A stretch of DNA of 64,000 bases from Proteromonas lacertae (Eukaryota): contig NGBS01000601.1 in the NCBI GenBank assembly GCA_002245135.1, positions 1-64,000 of the forward strand. The letters run 5' to 3'. Under the pieces are notes generated by a model, which did not search any database, was not told the DNA's origin, and saw only the letters and a list, made by a program, of their open reading frames with translations. Shown piece after piece: positions 11,223 to 20,978 of the stretch; position 1 is the first letter of the stretch, and each line of letters starts with the position of its first letter. A program made the translations under genes and the position numbers.

Positions 11223-11633
11223 TTAATTATTATTATTATTATCTATACATGTTGATTTTGTTTTTAAAAACTTCTGTTCTTCTATATAACCAGGTTGATC
11301 ACTATCCCAATGATAAGCAATTATAGAATGCCATGCATCATTTGTTTTCATCTTAACCTCTAAACGTAGATATGTTTCTTCTAATGATGTAATTCTATTT
11401 GAATCTATAAAATGTCTTTCATCATTCACAGTTCTACAAATTTGTAATTTCTTCCAAGCCTTTCTTACTATCTCTCTAACTTCTTCTCTCTTAAAAACTG
11501 ATTGATATTCCCAAAAATCATAATAATTACTAGCTTCACAGAGCAAATTATCTACTTGATCAAGAATATTATTGAATTGTTCTTTTGAACATATTTTAAT
11601 AAAATACTTATACTTTTTATCGAAAATATACAT
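11223..11633 (-). CDS. Viral hypothetical protein
   Basis: 136-aa ORF with normal composition; no recognised domain. Confidence 0.55.
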   Translation of the reverse strand: MYIFDKKYKYFIKICSKEQFNNILDQVDNLLCEASNYYDFWEYQSVFKREEVREIVRKAWKKLQICRTVNDERHFIDSNRITSLEETYLRLEVKMKTNDAWHSIIAYHWDSDQPGYIEEQKFLKTKSTCIDNNNNN

Positions 11634-11727
11634 TTTTTTTAAGCTATTTTAGTCTGGAAAATTGAAACTAAAAATATTTACCTTTTTTATATATATAGTC
11701 GTTATGTAACGAATGATTCTTCTTCTT

Positions 11728-14505
11728 TTACCATTCACCATATAATTCAGTATGAGCTAATACATTATCATTATCTGTTACACGCTCAGGATGTCTTACT
11801 TCATTATAAATATATACGAATTTTTTAAGTGATCTATGTATAACAACTACAACTTTATCATTAAATTTACATAGAAATGGATAGTTATAATATTTATAAA
11901 TACCATCATTAGGCATATCTAATAAATAATCATTTATTTGTGTTTGACAATCATCTAAAATATACCATTCTTGATCATTTTCATAATAATTGGGAATAAT
12001 ACTTAAGGTTCCACATATAATTCTTTTTTCTTCTTCAGATTGACCAGGTTGTTCACCCCAATTTACTCTATATCGTTTAGGAAATAAAACTTCTCTTTCT
12101 ATTGCTTCATCATCATCAATTATATTAATTAAAGGACACCTCAAATATAAATCTTCTTTAGCTTTAGCTAAATTATTATTAAAGAATCTTAATTGACATT
12201 CACTATAAATATTGTTATAATAGTCATAACCGTAAAATCTTAGCATAGTTGATTTTTTATCTAATGTATAAAAGGGATATATATCTGATGTATTAATTGG
12301 TAATTGAATATTGAATTTTTTTATATATACTTTAAAATTATCATAAGAAACATTATCTTTTACTATTACAATTTTTTCATCTTTATATCTGTTATTCATA
12401 TAACCTTGTATATCATATATATAAGTTACTTTACTAAATAAATGTATTGCATAATAACGTAATAATTCTTTCAGAGTAAATGCTCTTACATTCCTTTTAG
12501 GTTTATTTACTACATTAGGATCTTCATCATTAAATCTATATAAAACAAATGTAGGAGGTTTTAAATCAGCAATTTTTGTATAATTTATATTATTACTATT
12601 ATTTGGATCATATTTTAATTTAAGTGAATGAAAAATATAATCATCATTCCATTCTGTTTCAGAAACATCTGTATCACTAGTTTCATCATCATTCCCATTA
12701 TTCCTATTTGCAAAAATAGACGAATAAGGAACTTGATTTGTTGTACCATCTAATCTAAAATGATGAACTGTATTTGATAGTTGTGATGATGGTGCTGGTT
12801 GTGGTGGTTGAGAGTGAGGAGCTAATGGTGGTGTTACTGGTGAGTATACTGGTGATACCTCTCTTGGTGAAATATTATTATAATCACTTGAAACTAAAGG
12901 TGGTGGTTGTGCTATATTGTCATCATCATAACTAAGATTATATGTATCTTCATTATTATCATCTATATTATTATTTTGAGTTTGATTATCTTGTAATGAT
13001 GATGAAGATATAGGAGATAAATCTTCTTCTTGTTGCTGTTGAGATGATTGTAATTGTGGAACAACTGGTTGTTGTTCAACATTATTTCTAAAATTTACAT
13101 TAATATTACCTCTATTAGGATTTGTAACTTGATATCTTCCTTTATAATCTCTAGATAATGCTTCTTCTACTGGTAATAGCGGTGGATAAGAACTAATAAA
13201 TTTCTTCTTTTGAGCTAATCTATTCATATAAAACATAATTGCATCTGCATAATGATTTGTGTCTCTTTGACCTTCCCTTATATTATTTGACTCTAATATT
13301 TTTTGAATTGTTGCTATATAATTCATTCGATATCCATTAGAAATAGATGAAGGTAAACCCATTATATTTCTTTTATCATAATCAGCAGGTTCAGGATATG
13401 TATGACCATCTCTTAAACTAGCTAATCTGTATTTGCTTAAATAAAATAATTCTGTTACACAATTATATATTAATATAGCTATTGAAAATGCAGTTCTTTC
13501 TTGCTGATTTGTTATATACCAAAATTTTGTTTTCATTAACTTATTTATAAAAATTCTTATCTTATTTATTGCATTTGAACTATATACTTGAATTGTTTGT
13601 GCATGAATAGAATTATCTTCTAAAGGCAAAAAATTACCTTGTTCATCTTCATAAGGATCATCAGGTAAATCATTATTATCATCTTCTTCACCATCATTAT
13701 CATCATTATCATCATTATTATTATCTTGTGATTGCTGTTGTTGTGCATGTGGTTGAACTGATTGACGTGCTACAACATTACGTAATGAATTTGCTGGTGT
13801 TGATGTATTTGCTTCATAATTATTATTATCATATATATCTTTATCATCTTCTTCATTAAATGGATGAGTATGATCCTTTGTCTCTTTTTGTATTTTTCTT
13901 ATTCTTTTATTTTCTAATTTGACAACATTCAATCTTTCTTTAGGATGAAGCACGACAAATGGATTATTCCTAAGTATATAATTTGAAGCAATACATAATT
14001 CATCAATTGCTTTATTTAATCTATCAACTATTATTTTAACATCATTATTTGATTCATAACTGTATTGATGCAATGGTTTATTTCTTGAAAATGGTCCATG
14101 TTGATATAACGATTTACACCAATTAAATAACTTCATATGCACATCATATAAATTATAAATTCTATTAAACTCATGATCAGGCCATCCTACAGGTATAAGT
14201 CTTTTATCAATTATTTCATCTAACCTAAACCTTACTAATTTTTTAGCATTATCATATATAATATCCTCATAATCTTCATTAGTAAGATGTTCATCATTAC
14301 CTGCAATACCTATATTATCAGAATCAGTATCTTCTTCTGTTTCATCATCATCATCATTATCATTATTACTATTAGTAGAATTATTATTAATAACATTATT
14401 GCTAGAATTATTACTACTACTATCACTATTTGTATTATCTACTGTAGTACCTTCATCATCATCAAAATTTAATAAATCTCTACGTATTCTATTACGGTTA
14501 TTCAT
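11728..14505 (-). CDS. Large viral hypothetical protein (acidic linkers separating three globular regions)
   Basis: Intact 925-aa ORF; no PolB or helicase motifs recognised. Confidence 0.8.
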   Translation of the reverse strand: MNNRNRIRRDLLNFDDDEGTTVDNTNSDSSSNNSSNNVINNNSTNSNNDNDDDDETEEDTDSDNIGIAGNDEHLTNEDYEDIIYDNAKKLVRFRLDEIIDKRLIPVGWPDHEFNRIYNLYDVHMKLFNWCKSLYQHGPFSRNKPLHQYSYESNNDVKIIVDRLNKAIDELCIASNYILRNNPFVVLHPKERLNVVKLENKRIRKIQKETKDHTHPFNEEDDKDIYDNNNYEANTSTPANSLRNVVARQSVQPHAQQQQSQDNNNDDNDDNDGEEDDNNDLPDDPYEDEQGNFLPLEDNSIHAQTIQVYSSNAINKIRIFINKLMKTKFWYITNQQERTAFSIAILIYNCVTELFYLSKYRLASLRDGHTYPEPADYDKRNIMGLPSSISNGYRMNYIATIQKILESNNIREGQRDTNHYADAIMFYMNRLAQKKKFISSYPPLLPVEEALSRDYKGRYQVTNPNRGNINVNFRNNVEQQPVVPQLQSSQQQQEEDLSPISSSSLQDNQTQNNNIDDNNEDTYNLSYDDDNIAQPPPLVSSDYNNISPREVSPVYSPVTPPLAPHSQPPQPAPSSQLSNTVHHFRLDGTTNQVPYSSIFANRNNGNDDETSDTDVSETEWNDDYIFHSLKLKYDPNNSNNINYTKIADLKPPTFVLYRFNDEDPNVVNKPKRNVRAFTLKELLRYYAIHLFSKVTYIYDIQGYMNNRYKDEKIVIVKDNVSYDNFKVYIKKFNIQLPINTSDIYPFYTLDKKSTMLRFYGYDYYNNIYSECQLRFFNNNLAKAKEDLYLRCPLINIIDDDEAIEREVLFPKRYRVNWGEQPGQSEEEKRIICGTLSIIPNYYENDQEWYILDDCQTQINDYLLDMPNDGIYKYYNYPFLCKFNDKVVVVIHRSLKKFVYIYNEVRHPERVTDNDNVLAHTELYGEW

Positions 14506-14573
14506 TATGTGAGAAAAAATAAAATAACTATTTATTTAATTAATTCTTATACATTCACATATATATATATATA

Positions 14574-15542
14574 ATGCAACCTAAGAGTGATAATAATAAA
14601 TTAGGTCATAGAAGATCAATTTTTTTATCATCAACTGACACTATTGAATCAGAGTCAGATATATATACTAAGTGTTTATCAACACCTGTGATAACTGAAC
14701 AATATCAATATATTACGTTAAACATAGCAAGAATATCAAACAATAACATATACACTATTCAAAATGATGTTAATGAAAAAGTATGTTTTGATATAGAATA
14801 TTTTCATGTTAATGATCCTATAAAACCCTTGAATGATCCAAGTGTAATATTAAGCGGACCAAAATTTAATACATTAGAGATAAAGATACCACAAAATCAT
14901 TATAGTGGTGAAGAGTTTTTAAGTTATTTAACAAAGAGTATGTTAACTGAATTAAGATTTAGCGTAGCAGTACATGAAAATATTGTGCCTGTAAAAGAAA
15001 GAGATGAAGATGAACGTTTTAATTATTTCTTACATCCTCAAGCGGGAGATAAGTTATTTGACTGGTATGATAAGACTACTAATAGATTAAAATTATATTG
15101 TGCAATATATACTCACTTTGGTAATTATTTACTAACAAAAATAAAAATGAGAATGCCTAACCTATTTGGTAGGTTATTAGGTAGTAATGTAATAGATGAT
15201 GAATTAATTATATTAAATAGTAATCCGTCACTTAGTTGGGGCACAAAAGAACAATACTATGATCATAAATTTTTATTAACACCATCACTTATATGGTGTA
15301 ATGTAATTCAAGTAAGAAGTAGTTGGGTTAATAATAGTGATAATTCAAATGTTTTAGTAAATATACCTGTAACTGATATATCAAATACAAATATAACATG
15401 GATTAACCCACAAATAGATTGGTCAACTAAAAAAATGCAATTTCATGATTATCAAAAAATGAAAATTAACTTATCAAATGAAGATGGTTTTGCTATAGAT
15501 TTAACTAATATATCATTTCAATTTGAAATAATAGTTTATTAA
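14574..15542 (+). CDS. Minor capsid protein (penton, single jelly roll)
   Basis: RSIFLSS, IYTIQ, IKIPQNHYS, LLG, VLVNIPV, INLSNEDG..DL...FQFEI pattern typical of PLV/virophage pentons; directly upstream of the capsid gene. Confidence 0.75.
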   Translation: MQPKSDNNKLGHRRSIFLSSTDTIESESDIYTKCLSTPVITEQYQYITLNIARISNNNIYTIQNDVNEKVCFDIEYFHVNDPIKPLNDPSVILSGPKFNTLEIKIPQNHYSGEEFLSYLTKSMLTELRFSVAVHENIVPVKERDEDERFNYFLHPQAGDKLFDWYDKTTNRLKLYCAIYTHFGNYLLTKIKMRMPNLFGRLLGSNVIDDELIILNSNPSLSWGTKEQYYDHKFLLTPSLIWCNVIQVRSSWVNNSDNSNVLVNIPVTDISNTNITWINPQIDWSTKKMQFHDYQKMKINLSNEDGFAIDLTNISFQFEIIVY

Positions 15543-15623
15543 ATACTTATATATATATATATTAAATTTTATTTTTTGAGTGTATTAACATTTTTCTTAC
15601 CAAAAATTAATATATATATATAA

Positions 15624-17147
15624 ATGAGTAGCATAACAACAATACCTCAAACACAAGTTCATAATAGTGTTGTACCTACATTAATACCTGATTATGTTTT
15701 CATCCCTATTACACCTAATCAAACAAGAGAGGAAATTATTTTAGGTCAAACAACATGTACTGATACAATTACATTTGAGTTATCACCTGATAGCTGTATG
15801 AATTTATCAAAGTCTTTTTTTGATTTTGATTTAATGATTGATCCTCAAATAACTTCGCTAAATCCACAACTTCCAGGTGCTAATAATTGGACTACATCAG
15901 CTGCTGTAGTAGCTGCATTAGGTGCTGCAGCAGCAGGTAAATCACATTGCTTAAGATTAAGAAATACAATGAACATTAATTCAATTAAAGTATATAATAA
16001 AACTGGTACAGTATTATGTGATTTAGATGAAAGTTATAATGAGTATAGAAACTTAATGCATGAATTAACTTATCATTCACCAGAAGATATAAAAGGAACA
16101 GAATATTATAAAGATATTTTTGACGGATGTAATATAGCAAAAGATAGACCAGATGGTCGATATGAAGTATTTGATCCTTTATTAATACATTATACAGCAG
16201 CTAATAGAGCTGTAGCTAGATGTCATATAAATGAAAAACATTATGCACCTACACCTAATCCAGGTTTAGGTCCTAATGCAGTTAATCTATTTATAAAAAG
16301 GCATTGTCGTTTTCATTTTGCTGATTTGTTTAATACTATATTATCATGTAAAAGTGATATTTACTTTGGTGAAACGATTTATATATCAATTAGTTTTGGA
16401 GGTGTTAATAAATGGATTATATCAAAAGAAAAATTAACAGTTGAAAATACTGAAGGTGAACATTTAAATGAATCATATAATCCTAGATGGACACCATTTG
16501 TCAGAATGAGTATATTTAATCCTAAGTTATATATTGCATATAATAAAAGTCCGCAATGTAATGCAAATACAATTAATTATGTTACACATCATGGAATTGA
16601 TTTTACAGATTTCAATATTGTTCAACTTATAAAAGATACTATTCAAGGTGATAGTGACTTTAGTTATAACTTTACTATTAATAGTAGTTTAGGTCCATAT
16701 ATTAAATATATAATATATCGTTGCTATGTTAATAATGCATATAATAGATCAATAATACCTTTTAGACATTTAGATGATAGAGTGAGATGGCAAATAAATG
16801 ATACACCATGTACACCAGATTATTTAAAAGTGAATAAATATGAGACATATGAAAAAATATATCCTTTAATTAAGGGAACAATTTATGAAAGGTGTAATCA
16901 ACAAAATGATTGGTATGTAAGATTCTTCGATATATTAAATTTTGGAACTGATTCATTAACAGATATAAAAGCAAGAGCAGGAAGAGATTTAAGTAGAGAT
17001 TTAAAGATAACTTTTGAAGCAAGATGCTTTGCATTTGATACTAATAATCTTTAACATGCTAGAACTGCAACATATCATCATAAGTTCTATATCATAACAG
17101 GTAAGATGTTAATCATCTCTGCTAGAGGTGTAGAGAAGGTGATTTAA
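15624..17147 (+). CDS. Major capsid protein (double jelly roll) with an in-frame TAA at 17052-17054 before the last 30 codons
   Basis: ITFELSPDSCMNLSKSFFDFDL, INSIKVY..G..LCD, NPKLYIAY, beta-rich; the frame resumes after TAA as HARTATYHHKFYIITGKMLIISARGVEKVI. Sits between penton and ATPase. Confidence 0.8.
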
Positions 17148-17205
17148 AAATTTAATTACAATTTAATATTTCTATTATTTTTTTATTTACTTTACTTATA
17201 TATAT

Positions 17206-17968
17206 ATGTTTAAGTTTGAAAAAATAAATAACATAAAAGTTGAACCAGTAGATGGTGGTGAAGATTTCAATCCTAAGAAGATAGTTGGTTATGATTATTT
17301 CAATGAGCCATTCTGCAATATTTTTATTGTTGCTCGTAAAAATAGTGGTAAAACTACTCTCATCTATAATATATTAAGACATGTCTTGGATCCAAAATAT
17401 AAAGAGAAACAACATGTTCACTTCTTTGTGGGAACTATCAAACAAGACAAGTTATATGATTCAATCAAAGAGTTACTCGATTATCACGAAATTGATTATG
17501 ATGAATATGATTCACTCATTGATCCTAGAATCAGGTGAAAATGTAGTAGAGAAAATGATGAAAGAAATAAATGATGTAGATAAAGACAATTATTCGTATG
17601 CTGAGCATATTATGATTTTTGATGATCTCAGTTTAGAATTAAAAACATCAACAATAATACCTGTACTGATGAAAGAAAATAGACATTTAAAATCAAAAAT
17701 TATTATTAGCAGTCAATATATAACAGATATAGTACCAGCAGCTAGATCACAAGTTGATTATTGTCTTACATTTTATGGGTTAAGTAATAGAAATCTATTT
17801 GATTTATATAATTCATTAAATATATGGATCCCAGAGTATGAAACATTTAAAAAATTATATCTTGCAGTCACTAAACCACAATTCAATTTTTTATATATTG
17901 ATAATGTTAAAAAAGTCTTTAGAGCAAACTTTAATATTATGATAGAAGACCATTCTGAAGTTTCTTAA
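17206..17968 (+). CDS. A32/FtsK-HerA genome packaging ATPase, frameshifted near 17527
   Basis: Walker A ARKNSGKT in the first ORF; Walker B IMIFDD and NRH..IIISSQY in the overlapping ORF. Confidence 0.9.
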
Positions 17969-18013
17969 ATAATATTTTTATATAAATATATATATATTCA
18001 TTAATAAAAAATA

Positions 18014-18686
18014 ATGTTTATTGGGGATAGAAATAAAGTTGATGTATTAGATGAAGATAAATTAATAGATGATATTACAAATAATATTACAGATAAATTA
18101 GATGAAGTGAAAGATCAAATTCTAACAGTATGTAATACAATAAATAGCGTAGTAAATGATATACCTCGTACTATAATACCAAGACCTTATTGTTTGCATA
18201 AACAACATACATTTTATTCTATGAAAAGAAAATATTTAGTTAATGGATCACCTGTATGGGATACTAAAATTACTAAAATACCAATCAAAATAGAGATGTT
18301 TGAGCATTTTATGAAGATTAAATTATATGATGGTTTTACATGTAATTATAGTGGATATGTAGGTCATCAATTATATTTAGATGAAAATGATATCATCAAA
18401 GCAGAACCTGGTAGAGATGAATATTTACGACGTTATTATAATATACTGTTAGGATTATACTCTAATAAATTATTCCCCATTAGAAGCAACAAATGTTAAA
18501 GATACTTATCATACATTAACTAATAGACCTTATTATGAGATAAAACATTCATTAGTTAATAATAATAATAATCAACCTACATTATGTATTGTAGCTGATC
18601 AATACCCTAATCAAGATTATTTAGCAATACCAAGACAGACATTCTTCACAGATTATATGAATACAAATATAACAGAATTCTTTTAA
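18014..18686 (+). CDS. Fibre/spike-like viral protein, paralogue 1, frameshifted near 18478
   Basis: Starts MFIGDRN; removing one C in ttcccca restores FPLE and extends the ORF to 18686. Confidence 0.55.
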
Positions 18687-18792
18687 TATAATAATAATAA
18701 TAATAATAAAAATACGTATATATAAATCAGTTTTAAATTTCTTGATGAATTTAATAGATTTTATATTTTTTATATTTGTAATTTATCATATT

Positions 18793-19675
18793 ATGTTTAT
18801 TGGTGATAGAAATAATAATAATAATATTATTGATATTGATACTAAAGAGATTGCTAGTGAGATATCAAAAAATATTAGTATTGATCTAGATATTCAATCA
18901 TTAGCAACATCAATATCACAAAAGATACAAATACCAGCACCTATTATAACTGTAGATAGTAATAATATATCAACCTATATTAATGAACCAATAAATGATA
19001 ATACTAATATAAAAACAAAAATTATAGAAGATAAAGTTGATGAATCAAATGATATACTATCTGATATTAATAAAGTTATAGGTGTCAATGATTATAATAC
19101 TGATGAAGAACTATATTATACTGAAGGTTATGGTTATTATAAATCACTCTATGAACATATCAAATTAATAAATATATATAACCCACAGGCTTATAGTATT
19201 CAAAATACTACATGGACTGTAAAAGTTACTAGAACAGATAATACATCATCAATTATAGATCAGATACCTATTAAAGTTACATTATTCACTCATTTTATGA
19301 GAATCAAAATTTATAATATGCATCAATTAATTTATAATGATAGATCAGATATAAAATTGATTGATATTTATCTAGATGATAATCATTTATTAAAAAAGTT
19401 ATATGATAATGAATCTATATTAAGTGATTATTATAATAGACTTATACAATCATACCCTAATGATGGTAGTAATTGTATAGTATTCCCATTACAAGTTTAT
19501 AATAATTCTCAATACCCACCAGAATATATATCCAACACATTTTATATTGATGAATGATAATAAACCTAATCTACATTTACAAAGTGATAGTATTGAAGGT
19601 TATCAAAAACAATGTATATTACCTGGTGTTATTGAAACTATGTATATGGAGTCACCACTTGCCTATCCATTATAA
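18793..19675 (+). CDS. Fibre/spike-like viral protein, paralogue 2, frameshifted near 19553
   Basis: Starts MFIGDRN; shares IPIK..F.HFM.IK.Y, YLD, YYN.L and FPL with paralogue 1; another frame continues to 19675. Confidence 0.55.
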
Positions 19676-19700
19676 TATTTTATAATACAACATTAGTATA

Positions 19701-19826
19701 TTTTATTATAATTTTATTATAATTTTATTATAATTTTATTATATTATAAACACCTTTTTATTAATTTTAGTGAAATCCCACCATGTATTATAAATAATTA
19801 TATTCCAATATTCCAATATTCCAATA
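19701..19826. repeat. Subterminal short tandem repeats (ttttattataa x ~4; tattccaa x3)
   Basis: Seen directly. Confidence 0.8.
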
Positions 19827-19836
19827 TATTCTATCA

Positions 19837-19934
19837 GTAGAAAAGTAGATAAATATAGTGTGTTCCTATCTGTTCCTACCCCTGCCGTAGCTATCTGTAG
19901 AGAAAAACCTATAGAGAGAGAGAGAGAGAGAGAG
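19837..19934. repeat. Right terminal inverted repeat core followed by (AG)n microsatellite
   Basis: gtagaaa..tagataa..ctgttc.taccc..gtagcta matches the reverse complement of 40-86; (AG)n run at 19913-19934. Confidence 0.6.
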
Positions 19935-20005
19935 TGATACATTCACTTTAGCAAGTTAATATTTTAACTTTTTTAATATATTAAATTGGAGAGTTTAATC
20001 GATTA

Positions 20006-20130
20006 AAATTGACTACAAATCAGCTTAAATTGTTTACAAAATTAGTAAAATTGTTTACAAAATTAGTAAAATTGTTTACAAAATGTAACTAAAAACATTG
20101 ATTTTACTGTAAATTGTTTATTTTTAAACT
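20006..20130. repeat. 21-bp tandem array (aaattgtttacaaaattagta), about 6 degenerate units
   Basis: Units start at 20006, 20027, 20048, 20069 and 20111; the unit at 20090 is degenerate. Confidence 0.8.
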
Positions 20131-20159
20131 AGACATGGTTTTTCTTTTCCTCTATTATA

Positions 20160-20620
20160 TATGGAATAGCACCAAGAACAGTATATCTCTATGATATTCG
20201 AAAATTGAATATTCTTCTACAAAAACGAGAATCATCGTTGAAATTCCAAACAAGATATATTGAATGTATGTCGAATGACTTAGAATTTGTTATTAGTAGT
20301 ACAGAAGGTCATGTTGGTGTAGAATATTATGATAATTTACCAGATCACAAACCTTATACATTTAAATGCCATAGAAAGAAGCATAATGAAGGTGAAGATA
20401 AACAAACATATGTATATCCAGTGAATATGGTTAAATTCAATCCAATATATAACAGTTTAGCCTCTTGTGGAAGTGATGGAACAGTTTGTATTTGGGATTT
20501 AGATAAAAGAAGTTGGCTATTGCTACTTCTTATACATTTGAAGAAGGAGTGAATAAACCAGGTAGTTTACATCAAGTACATATATTGGATTTAGATGATA
20601 ATCAAGTTAGACCAAAGTAA
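20160..20620 (+). pseudogene. BUB3: BUB3 (WD40 spindle checkpoint) pseudogene, 5'-truncated with an internal deletion
   Basis: RESSLKFQTR, YTFKCHR, YPVN, GSDGTVCIWD; jumps out of frame to KLAIATSYTFEEG, skipping the usual intervening ~20 residues. Confidence 0.75.
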
Positions 20621-20978
20621 TGTTTCTTTAATTTCATTTAGATTTTTGATTTATACAATAAGAAACAATTATTTATAATAATAAATATAGAGATTTGATT
20701 CAAACTATTTCAATTCATAATAACATAAACCTAAATTGAAATGACTTTTTTTTCTTCATCTGATCTGGAGTTCTTTAATGGTGCTTCATAATATTTAATT
20801 GAGTATTCTATTATTATATGTAACAACTATAATAATGTATAATCTAAATGATTCTTATTTTGTTGTTTTGATATAGTATGAATTAAAATTCATGATTATA
20901 CAAGAAAATAAAGAGATATTTGATATTTGGTTTATGAAAAACATTTCGAATAACCCAAATTCGTTATTATAAAAATTG

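Larger units (their letters stand above)
1..19934. mobile_element. Endogenous Polinton-like/virophage-like dsDNA virus (integrase plus morphogenesis module, no recognisable polymerase); left end at or just beyond the window start
   Basis: Clustered rve integrase, adenain protease, penton, DJR capsid and A32-type ATPase. Degenerate inverted repeats at ~38-86 and ~19837-19894, then an (AG)n run and host genes. Confidence 0.9.

Noticed and set aside
11728..14505. Protein-primed DNA polymerase B
   Set aside because: Right size, but no exonuclease or polymerase motifs found.
17381..17538. Programmed ribosomal frameshift in the ATPase
   Set aside because: No slippery heptamer or downstream structure; similar indels are scattered across the window.
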